This document shows positions 23,401 to 34,779 of a stretch of DNA of 64,000 nucleotides, in pieces. The notes under the pieces were generated by a model that saw nothing but the letters and a program-made list of their open reading frames with translations, had not been told where the DNA came from and did not search any database. Numbering within the stretch: position 1 is the stretch's first letter; the number at the start of each line of letters is the position of its first letter. Where the stretch lies: positions 434,001 to 498,000 of the forward strand of contig JAQGDQ010000023.1 in NCBI GenBank assembly GCA_030141605.1, given 5' to 3'. The stretch is from Tubiluchus corallicola. Its lineage: Eukaryota > Animalia > Priapulida. The translations under genes and the position numbers were made by a program.

Positions 23401-23701
23401 ATGGCTTTTTTCTCTGTGCTGATTATTTATTAATTATTTCAACTATTGAAAACTAGAGAACAAGGCACTTACAGGACAAGGCATAGCTTAGATCATTGCC
23501 TTTACAACATAAATAGCATGGAAGGATGTACAAAAACAGTTGTAAGAATTACTGGATTAAAGAAAATGAAATTAAACAATTTCAAACCTAAACCACTTCG
23601 ACTTTACATTAGATATGTTGCTAGTTCTTTTTTACATTACAACTACAAGACTAATTTAAAGTGCAGTAACACAACTCATACCGCAACCTTCTTACCCCCA
23701 T
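707..23701 (-). CDS. DNAI7: Dynein axonemal intermediate chain 7 (CASC1/Las1) homolog, 18 coding exons, 3' end incomplete
   Basis: Hand-spliced GT-AG exons in transcript order: 23696-23701, 22764-22845, 22219-22310, 21701-21808, 21360-21500, 19921-20064, 19430-19533, 16908-17074, 16524-16669, 16138-16188, 15510-15795, 14860-14997, 5693-5861, 5093-5199, 4415-4581, 3462-3557, 2271-2495, 707-808. Phases are all compatible: 2331 nt, 777 codons, no stop. Peptides [93 protein letters not shown] and AGINLFP match CASC1/DNAI7 in order. The terminal exon was not found and probably lies left of the window. The donor at 21701 could instead be 21704. Confidence 0.93.
5417..5490. repeat. (CT)n microsatellite
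   Basis: Seen directly; preceded by (AGT/AGC)n at 5281-5360. Confidence 0.97.
6075..7144 (-). repeat. 3' LTR (1070 bp)
   Basis: Direct repeat of 12253-13322. Preceded on the minus strand by a purine tract. Confidence 0.96.
7145..7157 (-). promoter_or_regulatory. Polypurine tract
   Basis: Minus strand TAGGGGAAGGCTC immediately precedes the 3' LTR. Confidence 0.7.
7464..8369 (-). pseudogene. Disrupted RT-RNase H remnant
   Basis: Pre-RT linker ([19 protein letters not shown]) is joined out of frame at ~8100 directly to the RT thumb ([32 protein letters not shown]), so the YxDD core is absent. RNase H motifs TDAS, ECELL, TDQ and ADALSR are present. Frame breaks at ~8370, ~8130, ~8100 and ~7555. 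Confidence 0.9.
8353..11637 (-). CDS. Gag-protease-integrase polyprotein (1094 aa, uninterrupted)
   Basis: SCAN-like capsid segment ([28 protein letters not shown]), CCHC knuckle [14 protein letters not shown], protease RDTGA, integrase H-H-C-C ([12 protein letters not shown]), D-D-E core ([21 protein letters not shown]) and GPY/F motif WRGPY. Confidence 0.93.
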   Translation of the reverse strand: MQSIKMSDVRYKLSELMTLNKEQLQNIVAELHLLVDPTSRRAVLITAILKAAGCPEEGKRDEGAELDTFDAGMNQPLLCAEASDPTEAAKTPDVSVKPKHMIVTEQSPTPTPRRRRTTERMTDVTLESLSTVNEAAAQTFLQIRRLEAETEAKKLQLEHERIMAEMELRKLELTAASPVSQSPMMSQASPFYSRQADSTVDKLKLMKIRPFDETKDDIQKFLDWFQACAAANKIDRSDFAACIGPSLSGRAADAFQQIPESEMRNYTYVRKALLGAYILSNDVYLERFRGTIKLKNESYRQLFRRLDNSWRDYLEAIQAETFETVNEAVVIEQALSLMPHDLATWLKTDSIRTIEKMAQRADQFVAARQITSLPGKNVYSFKKTGKPNVATSQGEGASNTNMSQNLATKMHCYACGKPGHRRSECRSRLGTEHVMRPANAAVFGKPGKQLFSTPEIKMPNNDDDWHHVPGRKQPVGFTAKINGYVVKGQRDTGAGVSMLHAKFVRANQYLNELRHKFVCACGDMRQSKLAKVEIIGPGFSGILTVSVSDNLPVDFLLGNNYESALKPFPENAEKASKFNKEVGKYSVKPKKNAASKSPPKQKPQSATDVESIYAITRSQADKLEAQVKQDTLLQQQVFDSSASNDGLAVKDSPAEDQKQLLDVTIEQISEEQKVDVTIRNIIDNACTEEEAYKLGKGYFLRGGALFYLSKGKRHQASRELLVLPKFRRKEVLQLAHGSKLAGHLGINKTTRRILQEYIWPRLKRSVREYCRSCLTCQKTARSRSADRAPLKPLPIVDTAFRTIGMDLIGPLDRTPSGNRWALVIVDHATRYPDAYPLVDIQTVTVLNALLKFCCRYGIPRQILTDCGTQFTSNLTKELEDQLGVKGIFTSPYSPSTNGLVEKYNDTLKKSILRLTQDFSSLPWDLAIDYVLFSYREVPQDSTGYSPNELVFGYPVRGPLTMLKERWGCSKPPSLEDVDEYVARVINALETSTEDAHKSLQEAKLSQKRWYDRVSKERSFEVGDKVMVQRMRKGKKMQPGWRGPYQITDKVSDWTYKVCFGKKGRRKDTRIVHINKLKQYVYREESLILSNELGQ
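12239..12251 (-). promoter_or_regulatory. Primer-binding site, tRNA-Leu type
   Basis: Minus strand TGGTGTCAGAAGT lies 1 nt after the 5' LTR. It is complementary to the ...ACTTCTGACACCA 3' end of eukaryotic tRNA-Leu (recalled sequence). Confidence 0.85.
12253..13322 (-). repeat. 5' LTR (1070 bp)
   Basis: Direct repeat of 6075-7144 at offset 6178. About 5 mismatches found by eye. Followed on the minus strand by the PBS. Confidence 0.96.
15991..16483. repeat. Imperfect ~100-bp inverted repeat (arms ~15991-16100 and ~16385-16483) enclosing DNAI7 exon 16138-16188
   Basis: Colinear complementary blocks: taaggccacttattccccaga / tctgaggaactagtggtctta, ttgttcttgat / atcaagaacaa, cagtaggcatggt / accatgcctactg. 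Outer ends are TA-CAGT...ACTG-TA. Confidence 0.75.
17369..17438. repeat. (TA)n microsatellite
   Basis: Seen directly. Confidence 0.97.
17881..18882. mobile_element. Non-autonomous Tc1/mariner (pogo/Tigger-like) DNA transposon
   Basis: 24-bp TIRs (CAGTAGGTGCCGCTAAATAGACTC versus reverse complement CAGTAGGCGCCGCTTAATAAACTC), flanked by TA on both sides. The subterminal motif TGAGTCAATTA recurs at ~17925, ~18764 and ~18826. No intact transposase ORF. Confidence 0.85.
20411..20529 (-). pseudogene. 5S rRNA copy, full length (119 nt), probably a pseudogene
   Basis: Minus strand reads GTCTACGGCCATATCACGTTGAAAACACCGGTTCTTGTCTGATCACCAAAGTTAAGCAACG...TTAGTACTTGGATGGGTGATCACCTAGGAATACCAGGTGCTGTAGGCT. 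Several CpG-type transitions versus the recalled metazoan consensus. No oligo-T terminator. Solitary and intronic. Confidence 0.88.
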
Positions 23702-24080
23702 AGTGCACCAATTACGTAACTATTTCGCTACAGAATGTTCATCAAGTTCATAAAGATGGCGAAGCTGAATATATCAAGTCATGCTACACTCATACACTGA
23801 TACGGCGCAATTTATTTATATAGGACTAATGTTATAAAATGTGCTGCTGTTAACAGCATTGATACAAAAAGAATCTTTCCAAAGTGTAGTCTGAAAAATA
23901 CAACTGGCGAGTCGTACATAATTTTATACGATTGTAACGATTTGTAAATCCGCTTAAACTAAATATACTATATAGAAACAGTTTTCACCGCACAGTGCTG
24001 GAGAAATTAAAGTACCTGTAACCTGTTGCCAATGACGCTAATTTGCCGTCACGTGATTGCAAGAAAGCATTTTGTAAGCT
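23702..24080. promoter_or_regulatory. Putative bidirectional promoter for DNAI7/ETFRF1
   Basis: Directly upstream of the DNAI7 ATG and locally richer in CpG. YY1-type AAGATGGCG at 23753-23761, RFX-like half site GTTGCC at ~24025, E-box GTCACGTGAT at ~24048. Transcription starts are not determined. Confidence 0.45.
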
Positions 24081-24652
24081 GTACAAATAAAACAAACTGA
24101 CACATAAAAACTTTGCAAAAATTTAAAAATTATAGCAGGCAATCAAGTTATGATTGAAAGCTTATTGACATTAACAAATAAAGTTTAAATAAAATCCAGT
24201 GTTTAAGCAAACTTTATGTTTGCGTCCGTCAGAGGGTGCAACAAGAGTCTTGTTTGCACGCAGCTTGCACGTGCTGGAGGTTTTTGTATGATAAACATTT
24301 AAACATTTTATTCATAATAATTGATGATCATCAAAACTTAACTAATTCTTGCTGCAATACGTAGTAAAATAAAAGTTTAGTGGTGTGTCACTGTAACTTA
24401 CTTTTAATAATCTCTGAAAACTCGTAAGTAATTTAAGCTCCGGGATGTAATGGAGGCTAATCCATTTATTTTAATCATATTCTTGACGAGGATCAATTTA
24501 AATTTTTTGCTAGATTTTCCAACCTTGGTAACTTACTGGATAATAATGCTTTCAACTTACAGGTATTTGATGATGACAGTGAAAATGACTTTAATTTCGA
24601 CAATAACTAATAATGGTTGTTGGGATGGGCTAGCACAAGTAGGGTGCGTCGC

Positions 24653-25359
24653 ACATGGGCTGCCCAAGTAGGACACTAGAGACAGGTCCTGAAATGAATC
24701 GTTAATCGTACTGGCAGCGTCAGTTGTCATTGTTTATTTAATAATAATAATTGAAAACGTCAATACACGTTGAATAATTTTTTATACATCTGATAATATT
24801 GTATTTTTAATATTGATAAAGTAAACAAGGAAGAGTGGAGAGGTTTATAAGCTATTTATGCTTAACCTCTATCCTTTGACAGTAATGGTAATAAAGTCTT
24901 AAAGGATCTTATTCTGAGCTAGTAGAACGGCCAATATTATATTTGGCTTTGCTATTAATCTTTTTGAAGTAAAATAAGCTCGCCTTTTAGGTAATACCAA
25001 CATTTGTTTAAGTCTATCATTTTTTTATTTTGTCTCGCTTCACAGATAGGTGATACGTTTCACTGCCTCTTAGTCTTGGGCAAATAATTGTTTCTACTAG
25101 GTAAATGGGCTAGCAAGCTATGTGCCCTACATAGTTTCTTGCTTTAAAGCATTAGATATTTAGTTTAGTGTTATGATTATATTAATGGAGCTAATAATAA
25201 TGATATATTGTGAAAAATGCATTTGTAAATTGTCAAGGATTATCCATCATTATTATAAAGTTACTTTTTTTCTAAAATAACTTTAGTTTTATGTTTCATT
25301 ATGTTGTAATTATCGATTCTCGACAGAAATCGCCAGTGTCCTACTTGGGCTGTCCATGT
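24653..25359. repeat. Inverted-repeat pair, probable MITE/DNA-transposon relic
   Basis: acatgggctgcccaagtaggacact (24653-24677) is the near-perfect reverse complement of agtgtcctacttgggctgtccatgt (25335-25359). A further gtgtcctactt copy lies at ~25409. Confidence 0.55.
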
Positions 25360-25539
25360 ACAACACTGCTTTTCTGCAAATTTAGCACATGTATGCGTTT
25401 TAGCGGACGTGTCCTACTTCGGCTAGTGGCGTACTCTGCGCCCTACGATGGTTATATTGATCCTGACAGACAACGTACAATAATATTACAAAGCGCAAAA
25501 GTAATTATTGATTAGTGTTAAAAGGGTGATGAAAGAACT

Positions 25540-28145
25540 AAAAGGATTACCCAATAATCCTTTTACTTTAATACATCTTTATGTTCGTAGTCTCAAAGCA
25601 AACTTCGACCATTTTTTTGCTTACCCGGAAATTATTAAGTTTAAGTTTCCTGTCATCGCACTTACCGAACCTTTGTTAAAAAATGAAAAAGGTCATATGT
25701 TTATACTGTCCAACTATAGGTTTTTGTGTCTGAATAGAAAAAATAAAAAAAGGGGGTGGAGTGGCACTGTTTATTTATGATTATATTTCGTGCACCCAAT
25801 GTAATGATCTTTGTGTTATTGGTGATGATATTGATGCTTTATTCATTGAAATTAATTGTAACAAGGATAAAAGTAAGGTACTTGGATGTATATATCGACC
25901 ACTAGGTAACAGCCTTCTCTAAGATTTACAGATAAATTGTCCAATATTTTGACTGATGTTAATAATAGTGGTAAAATTATTTTTCTTTTAGGAGATTTCA
26001 GTATAAATTTACTATCCCGTTCTGAACACGATCATATCAAATATTATTTGAATACTATGCTATGTCAATATGTGTTCCCAAATATAATTCGCCCTACTAA
26101 GAGTTACAGATTACACTGCCACACTTATTGATAACGTATTTACCAATGCAATTGAGATTGACTTTTAATCTGGTTTTCTTCTAACAGGTATATCTGATCA
26201 CCTACCGGTGTGTTTATTAACTAATTTGTGTTTTCCATTACTCACTCATGTTTCTGGCAATAAAATTGTGTATCATAATGACATTAAAATGCTCTAATAC
26301 ATGATTTAAGTAATGTTAGTTGGTATGATGTGTTAAGTAATAATGATGCTAATATACATGTATGTATGTACATGTTTCGCCTGAAATTTAGCAGTATTTA
26401 CTCACGACATATTAAAGAACAAAAAATTGTCAATGATTCAAATATCCCCATAAACCTTGGATTCCTTTTGGTTTATTAAAGTCAGTCATACAAAATACCG
26501 TTTATATAAATTTGTTATGAAAACTCGTGTTACATTAGAAACTACTAACTATAAAAAATGTCATAACAAATTAAATAATTTATTAAAACATACAAAAAAT
26601 AATTACTATAGAAAGAAATTTGAATTATATGCCAAAAATACTAAAAAAATTGGAATACTGTAAAGGAATTGATGAATAAATCTAATATTCTACACTCATC
26701 AGGCTTAAAATCCAAAATAAATTTGTAATGAATAATCAAATGATTTCTGAAAATTTTAATCATTATTTTATTAATATTGGGCCAAAACTTGCTAACCAAA
26801 TTGAATGTACTGATGTTAAATGTAATCAATTTCTTTATGGGAATTACACAGATTCCTTTTATTTTAAACCTGTTACTCATGATGATATAGTTAGCTCAAG
26901 TAAAAATTTAAATCCAAATAAAAGTTCTAATATATATAGATTTTCTCCAAAAATAATTGTTGATGTTATCCAATATATCACAACACCGCAAAGTTACATA
27001 ATCAGTCTATCTCTTGGTACAGGCATAGTTCCAGATAAAATGAAATAGCCTTTAGTCACGCCTTTATTTAAATCTGGTGATTCAACTTGTATGTATAATT
27101 AGTGACCATTTTGACTCTTGCCAATTTTTCTAAACTTCTGGAGAGATGTGTGTACAATCAACTAAACAATTATTTGAAAAAGCATAGTATAATTAACACC
27201 AAACAATTTGGATTTCGTAAAGTATGCTCTAGCGAACTTGCACTTGTATCGCTATGTAAAGAGCTTGTGAATACTATTGAGGAAAATTCTGTCACTGCTG
27301 GTGTGTTCCATGGCTTGTCAAAAGCCTGTGACTTAATATCTTGATGAGTAAACTCTATTTTTGAGGAGGAATTGTCTGTGGCTGGTTTCAGAGTTACTTA
27401 TCTACTCGTTTACAATCTGTCACCAGTAACAATACTATTTCTAGTCCCATAGAAATTGCCCATGGAGTTCCACAAGGTTCAATTCTCAGAATGCTACTGT
27501 TTTTTCCAAATTTGCCAAATAGCATGTTTAACCAAATTAAGTTTCTTGGGGCGATAATTAATGATAATTTGAGCTGGAATATGAATATGATTAGCACAAA
27601 AATTGCAAAAAACACTGGAACAATTTCCCGTGTTAGTCAAAATCTATGTGCTGCTTTGTTGGTTATACTATATATCCTTATTTTTCCTTATTCATTTCCT
27701 TATATATTTCCTTATTTAAATTATTCAGTTATTTTTTGGTCTAACTTACCCCACCGGGTAAGGATGTTTAACTTTACCCCACTAGTATAATGAATCTAAT
27801 CGGGATTTTATATAATTTGCCCAAACATGCAGAAGTTAATAACTCCCACTTTTTAAACTGTAAAATTTTAAAATTTGATGATTTAGTATATTATTTTTAT
27901 AGTATAATATATATATTATATTAGTAAGGTTTCAATTTTTATGTTTAAAACTCACTTCCAACTTTTTTGACAATCCGGTTTAAATAAATAATAAAGTATA
28001 TAATACTCGATTTAATTAATAGAGTATTCAGCTAAGAACCGTTGTTGTAAAACAATTCATTTCTAATATTGGACCAAAAACTTGAAATTTACTATCCAAC
28101 AGCTTAAAACTTGCTAATTCGATTCATATCTTTGAAAAACATTGA

Positions 28146-28183
<38 letters not shown>
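25540..28183 (+). mobile_element. Degenerate LINE ORF2 (CR1/L2 group), APE endonuclease plus RT
   Basis: Fragmented frames carry HLYVRSL, IALTE, LGCIYRP, LLGDFSINLL, TLIDN, ISDHLPV, KQFGFRK, LSKACD and GVPQGSIL. Many stops and frameshifts. Ends at a (TA)n run. Confidence 0.88.
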
Positions 28184-28185
<2 letters not shown>

Positions 28186-28629
28186 TTAGTACACACTCAC
28201 ATAATTACAATAAAGAGTATGAGTTGTGCATGACAGGATCACTGATTACATTCATTGTGGGTGGCTGTATGAGTAAGTGTTTGTGCATGAAGTTTTGTGT
28301 GTGTGTGTTGTTCATTTGAATGAGTATTTATACAATATGTGTGCATGAGAGAACTGATAATTGATTACATTGTATGTGAGTGTGTGAACAAATGAATGTG
28401 TATTAAGTTGTATGTGTGAGATTGTATGCATACATAATTGATATCTGTCCTGCATGTCTGTGTTTTTTCTTCTTTTAATCTTGAGATTCGGTAATTCTTT
28501 GTTATTGCAGTTCTGAGGATAGCTTAAGTGAAGAGATAACATTTATTAAGCATATAATTTCTGAATAACTATTATAAATGATAAAAATTGGTGAAATCCT
28601 ACTTATTGTTTCATCCTAATGCTAGTGTA

Positions 28630-28830
28630 GTGAGGCAGCTAAAGAGTTGGCCCAACACTTTTGGGATACTGGTCATTTCATTGACACGAAAAATGTCGTA
28701 ATTCTAGATTACGCTAGATATTTTAGCAAGCTGTATATAAAGGATGGTGTATACATCAGAAAACATGTGTACATCAGAAATCTTTTTAACAATCTGAAGG
28801 ACTTTGAATACTCTCATAATGTTTTTGTGG
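28630..28830 (+). mobile_element. Penelope-like element fragment (GIY-YIG C-terminus)
   Basis: LAQHFWDTGHFIDTKNVVILD...KLYIKDGVYI resembles the Penelope endonuclease C-terminal pattern AxHxxxxxHxIDxxNVxIL..KEAxxI. Confidence 0.55.
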
Positions 28831-29070
28831 TGATTAGTTCAGTTTGTTCCAGCTACCATTGCATGTGCTAATTGGGTTAAACTGGATTAGGCTAATTGCT
28901 GGGAATTAGTTATGATCAAGGAGCATTGGTTTCTTTCTTTTTATAGTTAATTATCGTGGCGATTCTTAAATCAAACTTTTGAAGATTTTTTCGTGTTATT
29001 GTGTTTTTGCAGGTTAAAACTAGGTTTATGCATATCCAACACGGCACATTAAGGTGAAAACAGCACAAAA

Positions 29071-30654
29071 ATGTCGTCACAAATTCATGCTAGTCTTCGT
29101 AGTCGAGTTATCCAGCTTTATAAAAATGTATGTAAAATTTTACCATGCATATTTTAAATAACATTTTCTGCTATGACTACTAGTGTGATGTAAGTGGTAA
29201 CATGAACTTTACAATATGTCATATTTAGGTACTGTGTTAACGTATATAGAAGCATTTATGTTGTGTTCTGTTTGTTTAATGTCTACAGCTCATTAAAATT
29301 GATTGTTGTTGAATAATTGTTAGAAATTAGCATTATGATGTTAAAGCTGCCAGAAAAGCCTGCCTAAAATATTAAAAAAATTCCTTTCTTTGGAAGAAGA
29401 CGATGAGGTTTTTTAAATAAATCTTGATTTATATGGCAAGGAAAGATCCGGAGTGACCAAAGTGACTGTTTGCTCACTGCTTAGTGAATATTAGCAATTA
29501 AAGCTGCGTGAAAGCTAGTCTATGAATAGGTGGCCAACCGTCAGCTTTAATCTTAGATTTCATTCACCATACTGATTTCATCTGGATTGTTGAGGCAGTG
29601 TGCATTCACATTCAAACATGCCTCAACACTTCGGCCAGATACAATGTCAGCTTGCTAATGTTTGATTTTGAAGAAATATCATTGGTGGCCAATAGATTAA
29701 TGCTTTTGCACTGCTAACTGGTTTCTGGCACAAAATATCTGGAAATGCGACAAATGCATGTATCGTCAATATATGCATTTACTTAACGTCATTGCATCTG
29801 CTGTTGCTATTAGAAATAGAATTACAAATTGCAAATAGAATAAGGCTTTTCACAATTTCATCGAGCGCACACCGTTGCTGTAGGTTAAAGATTAAGTGTA
29901 CCACAGCAACGCGTCTTAGCTACAATCGTCACGTGACATGTGTGTAAAGCAAAGCCGTCTCTTGCATCAGTTATGCATCAGTCTCTGTGTAGAATGATTT
30001 ATTAGCAGGATCTTGTTTGGGGAACAAGAAAAATGAACTAGATCATCTTCTAGCTAGCTGTTAAAGCTGTTACTATCACAATAGCATCTGCTGCGAGGCG
30101 TTGTCATGTGTACACAAATGTATTGTCTAGTTCACTTTGACCTTTTCACACTTATCATCATTGGCTGGAAGTGTAAAAAATTTTATTGCTCATTAAACAG
30201 TTGTAATAGATGGCTATTTTAGGAAATTATTTTAAGCCACTGTATAAATGGATTAAAAAGGCAAGGCATGTTTCATGGAGTGACCAGTTTGTTCAAATGG
30301 TCTGATTTTTTCTTGCTGTATTTCTTTCTCTTAAAATTGATTTTACATTCATATTTTCCTGATACCTTATAGTAAAATGGAAAAGATCAGGCAGAACCAT
30401 AAAATAACCTGTTCTTTTCTATTAAAATTTTTGTATAATTTCAGTTACATTATCTCGGACGAGATTATCCGAAAGGTGCCGAATATTTTCACGAACGACT
30501 AAAAGCAGCTTTTACAAAAAACAAAGATGTTAAAGATCCTGAGCAAATCGAGCTGTTGATTATGCGTGGTGAATATGTAGTGAAAGAACTAGAAGCTCTG
30601 TACAAGTTGCGTAAATATCGCGCTATGAAGAAACGGTATTACAGTGATGCATGA
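29071..30654 (+). CDS. ETFRF1: Electron transfer flavoprotein regulatory factor 1 (LYRM5), 88 aa, two coding exons
   Basis: Exons 29071-29127 ([19 protein letters not shown], then gtatgt) and 30445-30654 (cag, then [69 protein letters not shown]). The LYK motif, GRDYPKG and [14 protein letters not shown] are LYRM5 signatures. Not present in the supplied ORF track. Confidence 0.96.
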
Positions 30655-33600
30655 ACATGTTTTCCTGATCTCAGTGGGCATGCATGTCTCAGACTAGGTA
30701 TAGCGAAAAGTACATCGGCAGGTGCCTGCGTTTTAACCATGGTGCTACATGTTTTAAAATTAATTATTGTCAGTTGAATACTGTCTCTATTGCTGTAGTT
30801 AGCGGGTAGCTCCGTCTGAGGGGCCTTATAATTTCCTAAGTCTAGGGACCCCAAAAGGTCATAATCCGCCCCTGGCTGTAGTGCTGTAGTACTGTAACTA
30901 TGGATTTGGGATGGCTTTGCACTAATTAGTTGAGTAAGTAAAGATGAAATGGTGTAAATATGCAGACAGTTTAATAATTACAGAATTTATGATGTGCAGT
31001 TGAATATCAGTATTATGAACAGTATCTTAATAGTAATAATTTATTTCTCACAAGCAATACACTACGTTTCATCACACGTTACAATATAATAAAGTTGGCA
31101 GTGAATTTAAAATTAAGGTACAAATTTAAAATACTAGTGAAATGCTGTCAATGATAGAGATTAAAAGAAATTGTACACTCAGAGATTTTGTGATTAGAGT
31201 ATGAAAGAATATAATACTGTATAACATGACAATCAGCCGTTTGAAAGAAAAGGATTTACTCAAAATTAAAACTTAAATGTAAAAACAGATGGTAACTCTG
31301 TAATAGTACGTAATGAAAATCGTATGACACAAATCAAAATACAAACATACAAACAGTCACTCCAGTGAAATTCTAAACAGTTAAGTCTGCATAAACTGGA
31401 GATTTTCAACTAACTGGAGTTATTTTCTGAGAATCAAACTGTTGAAAAATTTTCCCATATTAATTTGTGTAAATGTCACCAGGAGAAATAATTTATTGTA
31501 CAGTTTTTTGTGTTGTTTCGTATTTCAATCACTATAAATTTTTAAGCTTTAACTTTTTTCCTGATTCCTATGGTTCTGTAACTTCTGTATTGATACATGT
31601 TTCCTCCAACTAACATTTAGTTGCTGAGCACTGTTCTTTGCCTAGGTTCACCAGTTATTTACCAATTACCCTCTCTGGGTTCGTGATTGATTGTAGTCTA
31701 AATAGTAACCTAATGATGACAAATTCTATATGTACAGAACTCATCTGTTCAGTCCACTATCGTGATAATATTGTGTCAATCTTTCTGCTGAACCTTTCAG
31801 TATTGACATGTACATTGTATAACTAAGAAAATGTGGAGAAATTCGTGTAATCTGCTTTACAAATACACAGAGATAGTGACGACAGTACAGGTTTTTTCTT
31901 CGTAAACAATTTCGCTATCTTACAAATTTTGAATATTAAATTTGTAAATAATTTCCATGTTACTTTTATTTATACGTTACTTTTAAGTACAGCAATTGCA
32001 ACACCAGCATTAAGTGTTTACGGTAGATATACTACTACGACTGATATAGTACAATAAATATATGTAAAGAGTAGATATATTAATACTGTACCTGTACACT
32101 TCTTTATAAGCAATGATTTAGCCAGAATTTTCGTCAGATGCATAGTTGTGGGCATTCAAGTTAAATATCACTGTGATCTAGCTTTGCAGAACTGGTAAAT
32201 TTGCACTGAAGTATGAGAATTTGTAAATTTGTCTTCTTCCGGAAACTGCAGGGATTTTTTATATGTATTAAAGTATTTTAAAGACTTAATCTGATATCTT
32301 ATAATTAATTTCATATCTATAATTTTGTTCAAAATGCTGGAGTCAGTCAGGCAAATTTTAATATTTTATATAAATTTGTAACATTTGACTTGTCATATTA
32401 TTATTATTATTAGTTGAGTTTGGCATTATTAAATGCAGAACTCATTTCATCTTATGTTAACTGTTTTCATTTGTCAGCAGGAGAATGTCTTTGTCAGTTT
32501 GGCTTGTTAAATGTGGTAGTGGCAGATTGTCATTTGTTGATGCAAGAACATATTGCATATTGCTTAGTAACCATGTAATGATGATATTCTCCATTGCAGT
32601 GCTTGACAAAAGTGATGATGGCTTTGTAAATTCGATTTTAAAGTTTAACGATTCATGGCTGTTATTCTGCTATTAATGGTTGCAATGTGTGTAAGCTTGA
32701 AGTGTGAAACATCAGCTTTTTGTCAATCCGTGCTTTAATGTTTAAAGTTTAAACAGATTAAAATTATAAGTTTCTTCTTTATAGGCACCTGCATTTTCAG
32801 CTTACCATCAATTTATTACACAGAAGCATTACTAGAAAGAACTGCTTTGCATGCTATGCTATATATTTTGCTACAGTGACAGTGCTGTGATTATCTGGTT
32901 AATCTTGATGGCTGTGCTATCCACATACTCGTAGAGCTGGTCAGCTCTGCATATTTGCTGCTTGACATCTGGCTAAATATCAGTACATTGTTATTATATT
33001 ACCTAATAGTTTACTTGCCAGACAGATCACAATATAATGATAATGTGTTGCCTTGCTGTAATAGTATTTTCTTGAATCTGTTGTTACCATGGTGACTTTA
33101 CATTTGTATTCACTGAAAGATACTAGCAAATTATATTGTCGAACTGGTTTTATTAATGCAAGATGTGCACCCACCTTTACCTGCGTTTAGTAAAATAGTT
33201 TTTAAATACAAATTTACAACCTGTGTGTCAGTTTTCTGTTCTTTATGAACAAGACCATACAAAAATGCGAAAAGTGTACTTTAGTTAATTATACCTTATT
33301 GTGTTAACTCATCATACAGACATACTGACCTGCCTTGTAATTTTATTTGCAAATTTAGCGTGTCTATGAGTGTATGAAATTTGCATTAGCTCAATTTAAT
33401 ATCTTGTCCAGTTGTTCGTTGTTGATTTACTCTCTTCCTAACATACCAAGTAGTATTCATTACTTCTCCCAGAATACCCCATAATTGTATTGTGTAATAT
33501 ATTGCTATTTTGTGGCTTATTATTACGTACTGTTGCTTTTAAATGACTAAATATTGGGGGAATTCACACCTGATCTACCATAAAGTTCATGGCTAACTTG

Positions 33601-34779
33601 GCTAAAAATTATGTTAGCTGCACAGAATAACAATATAGTGCATATAATGTGTAGTATATTGCTATTCTGTGGTTTACTTACTTACTGTTGCTTTTAAATG
33701 CACCTGTCAGGGTCACCTGTCGTTGTAAATCTGATAGTGTTACTCTCTGCAATCATATTACCACTATTGTTTATTTTTGTCAGCAAACTTTGTTAAATAT
33801 TGTTAGTTTGTCATGTAGACGATTGATTTTATGAAAATTTGTACAATAAAATTTGAGAGTCTAAAATGCTAGTTCATTTATTTTCGGTATTTTGTTCTGG
33901 TGAACTCTGTTTGGGCTACATGTGGCTTTTTTAGCCTGTGCATTAATGGTAGTGCTAGTTGCTACATCAATATTGAATACTCTCGTCTTTGTTAAATAAG
34001 CTTTTTACTCACTCATAAATTGCCCTGATTGTATAAGGTTGTATTTAGCTGGCATTCGGTATACGCCTTCCACCTGCCGAAAATGAATAGCAAATACTGT
34101 ATAAAAAACGCATAACGCAGGTCTGATAAACGGGCACTTAAGTCTTTTTGGCCTGGAGAAACTTATAATAAATCTGTTTTTAATCTTTGTAGACATACGT
34201 CTGCATGAAGTGCCCAAGCACAACGTTTCACTATCATAATGTCTGTGCTTTACTGCTAAAAAATTATTTGCAGAAATCTTGTGGGGCAGAAAAAATAAAA
34301 ATAATACTAATAATGCACAGTCGACGTTAGATTTCGCAGTATATTTCAATACATTCTCCAGGTGTGTTTACGAGTAGCTTTCATCAACTCGTTAGTTGAG
34401 AATATAAAAAAAGCACTTGATTGGCCATTGCGAGGTGGGCCCTCGCTTGCTCATTGATATTAAAATTTTCCCGATCCGTGGATTGCTATTACATGTGAAA
34501 GTTAAGAAATTGTTAATTAACTACATGTATAAAATTTCAATTATAGGTGATTCTTAATTAAGTGGTGCGAATTGATTCTGCTAAGAATTAGTGTATTCAA
34601 CATTATTATTATTATTATTATCATTATTATTATTATTAATAACAAGTCACCTTCACGGTGAGCAAGCTTTGATTTCTGTGTCTTGGATCAATCTCTCATC
34701 CACTGAGTAGCTAGCTAAAGAACAACCTTTTCCAGTTATGCGTTGTTGGTTTACTCTCCTCGTAATATACCAAACTGGT

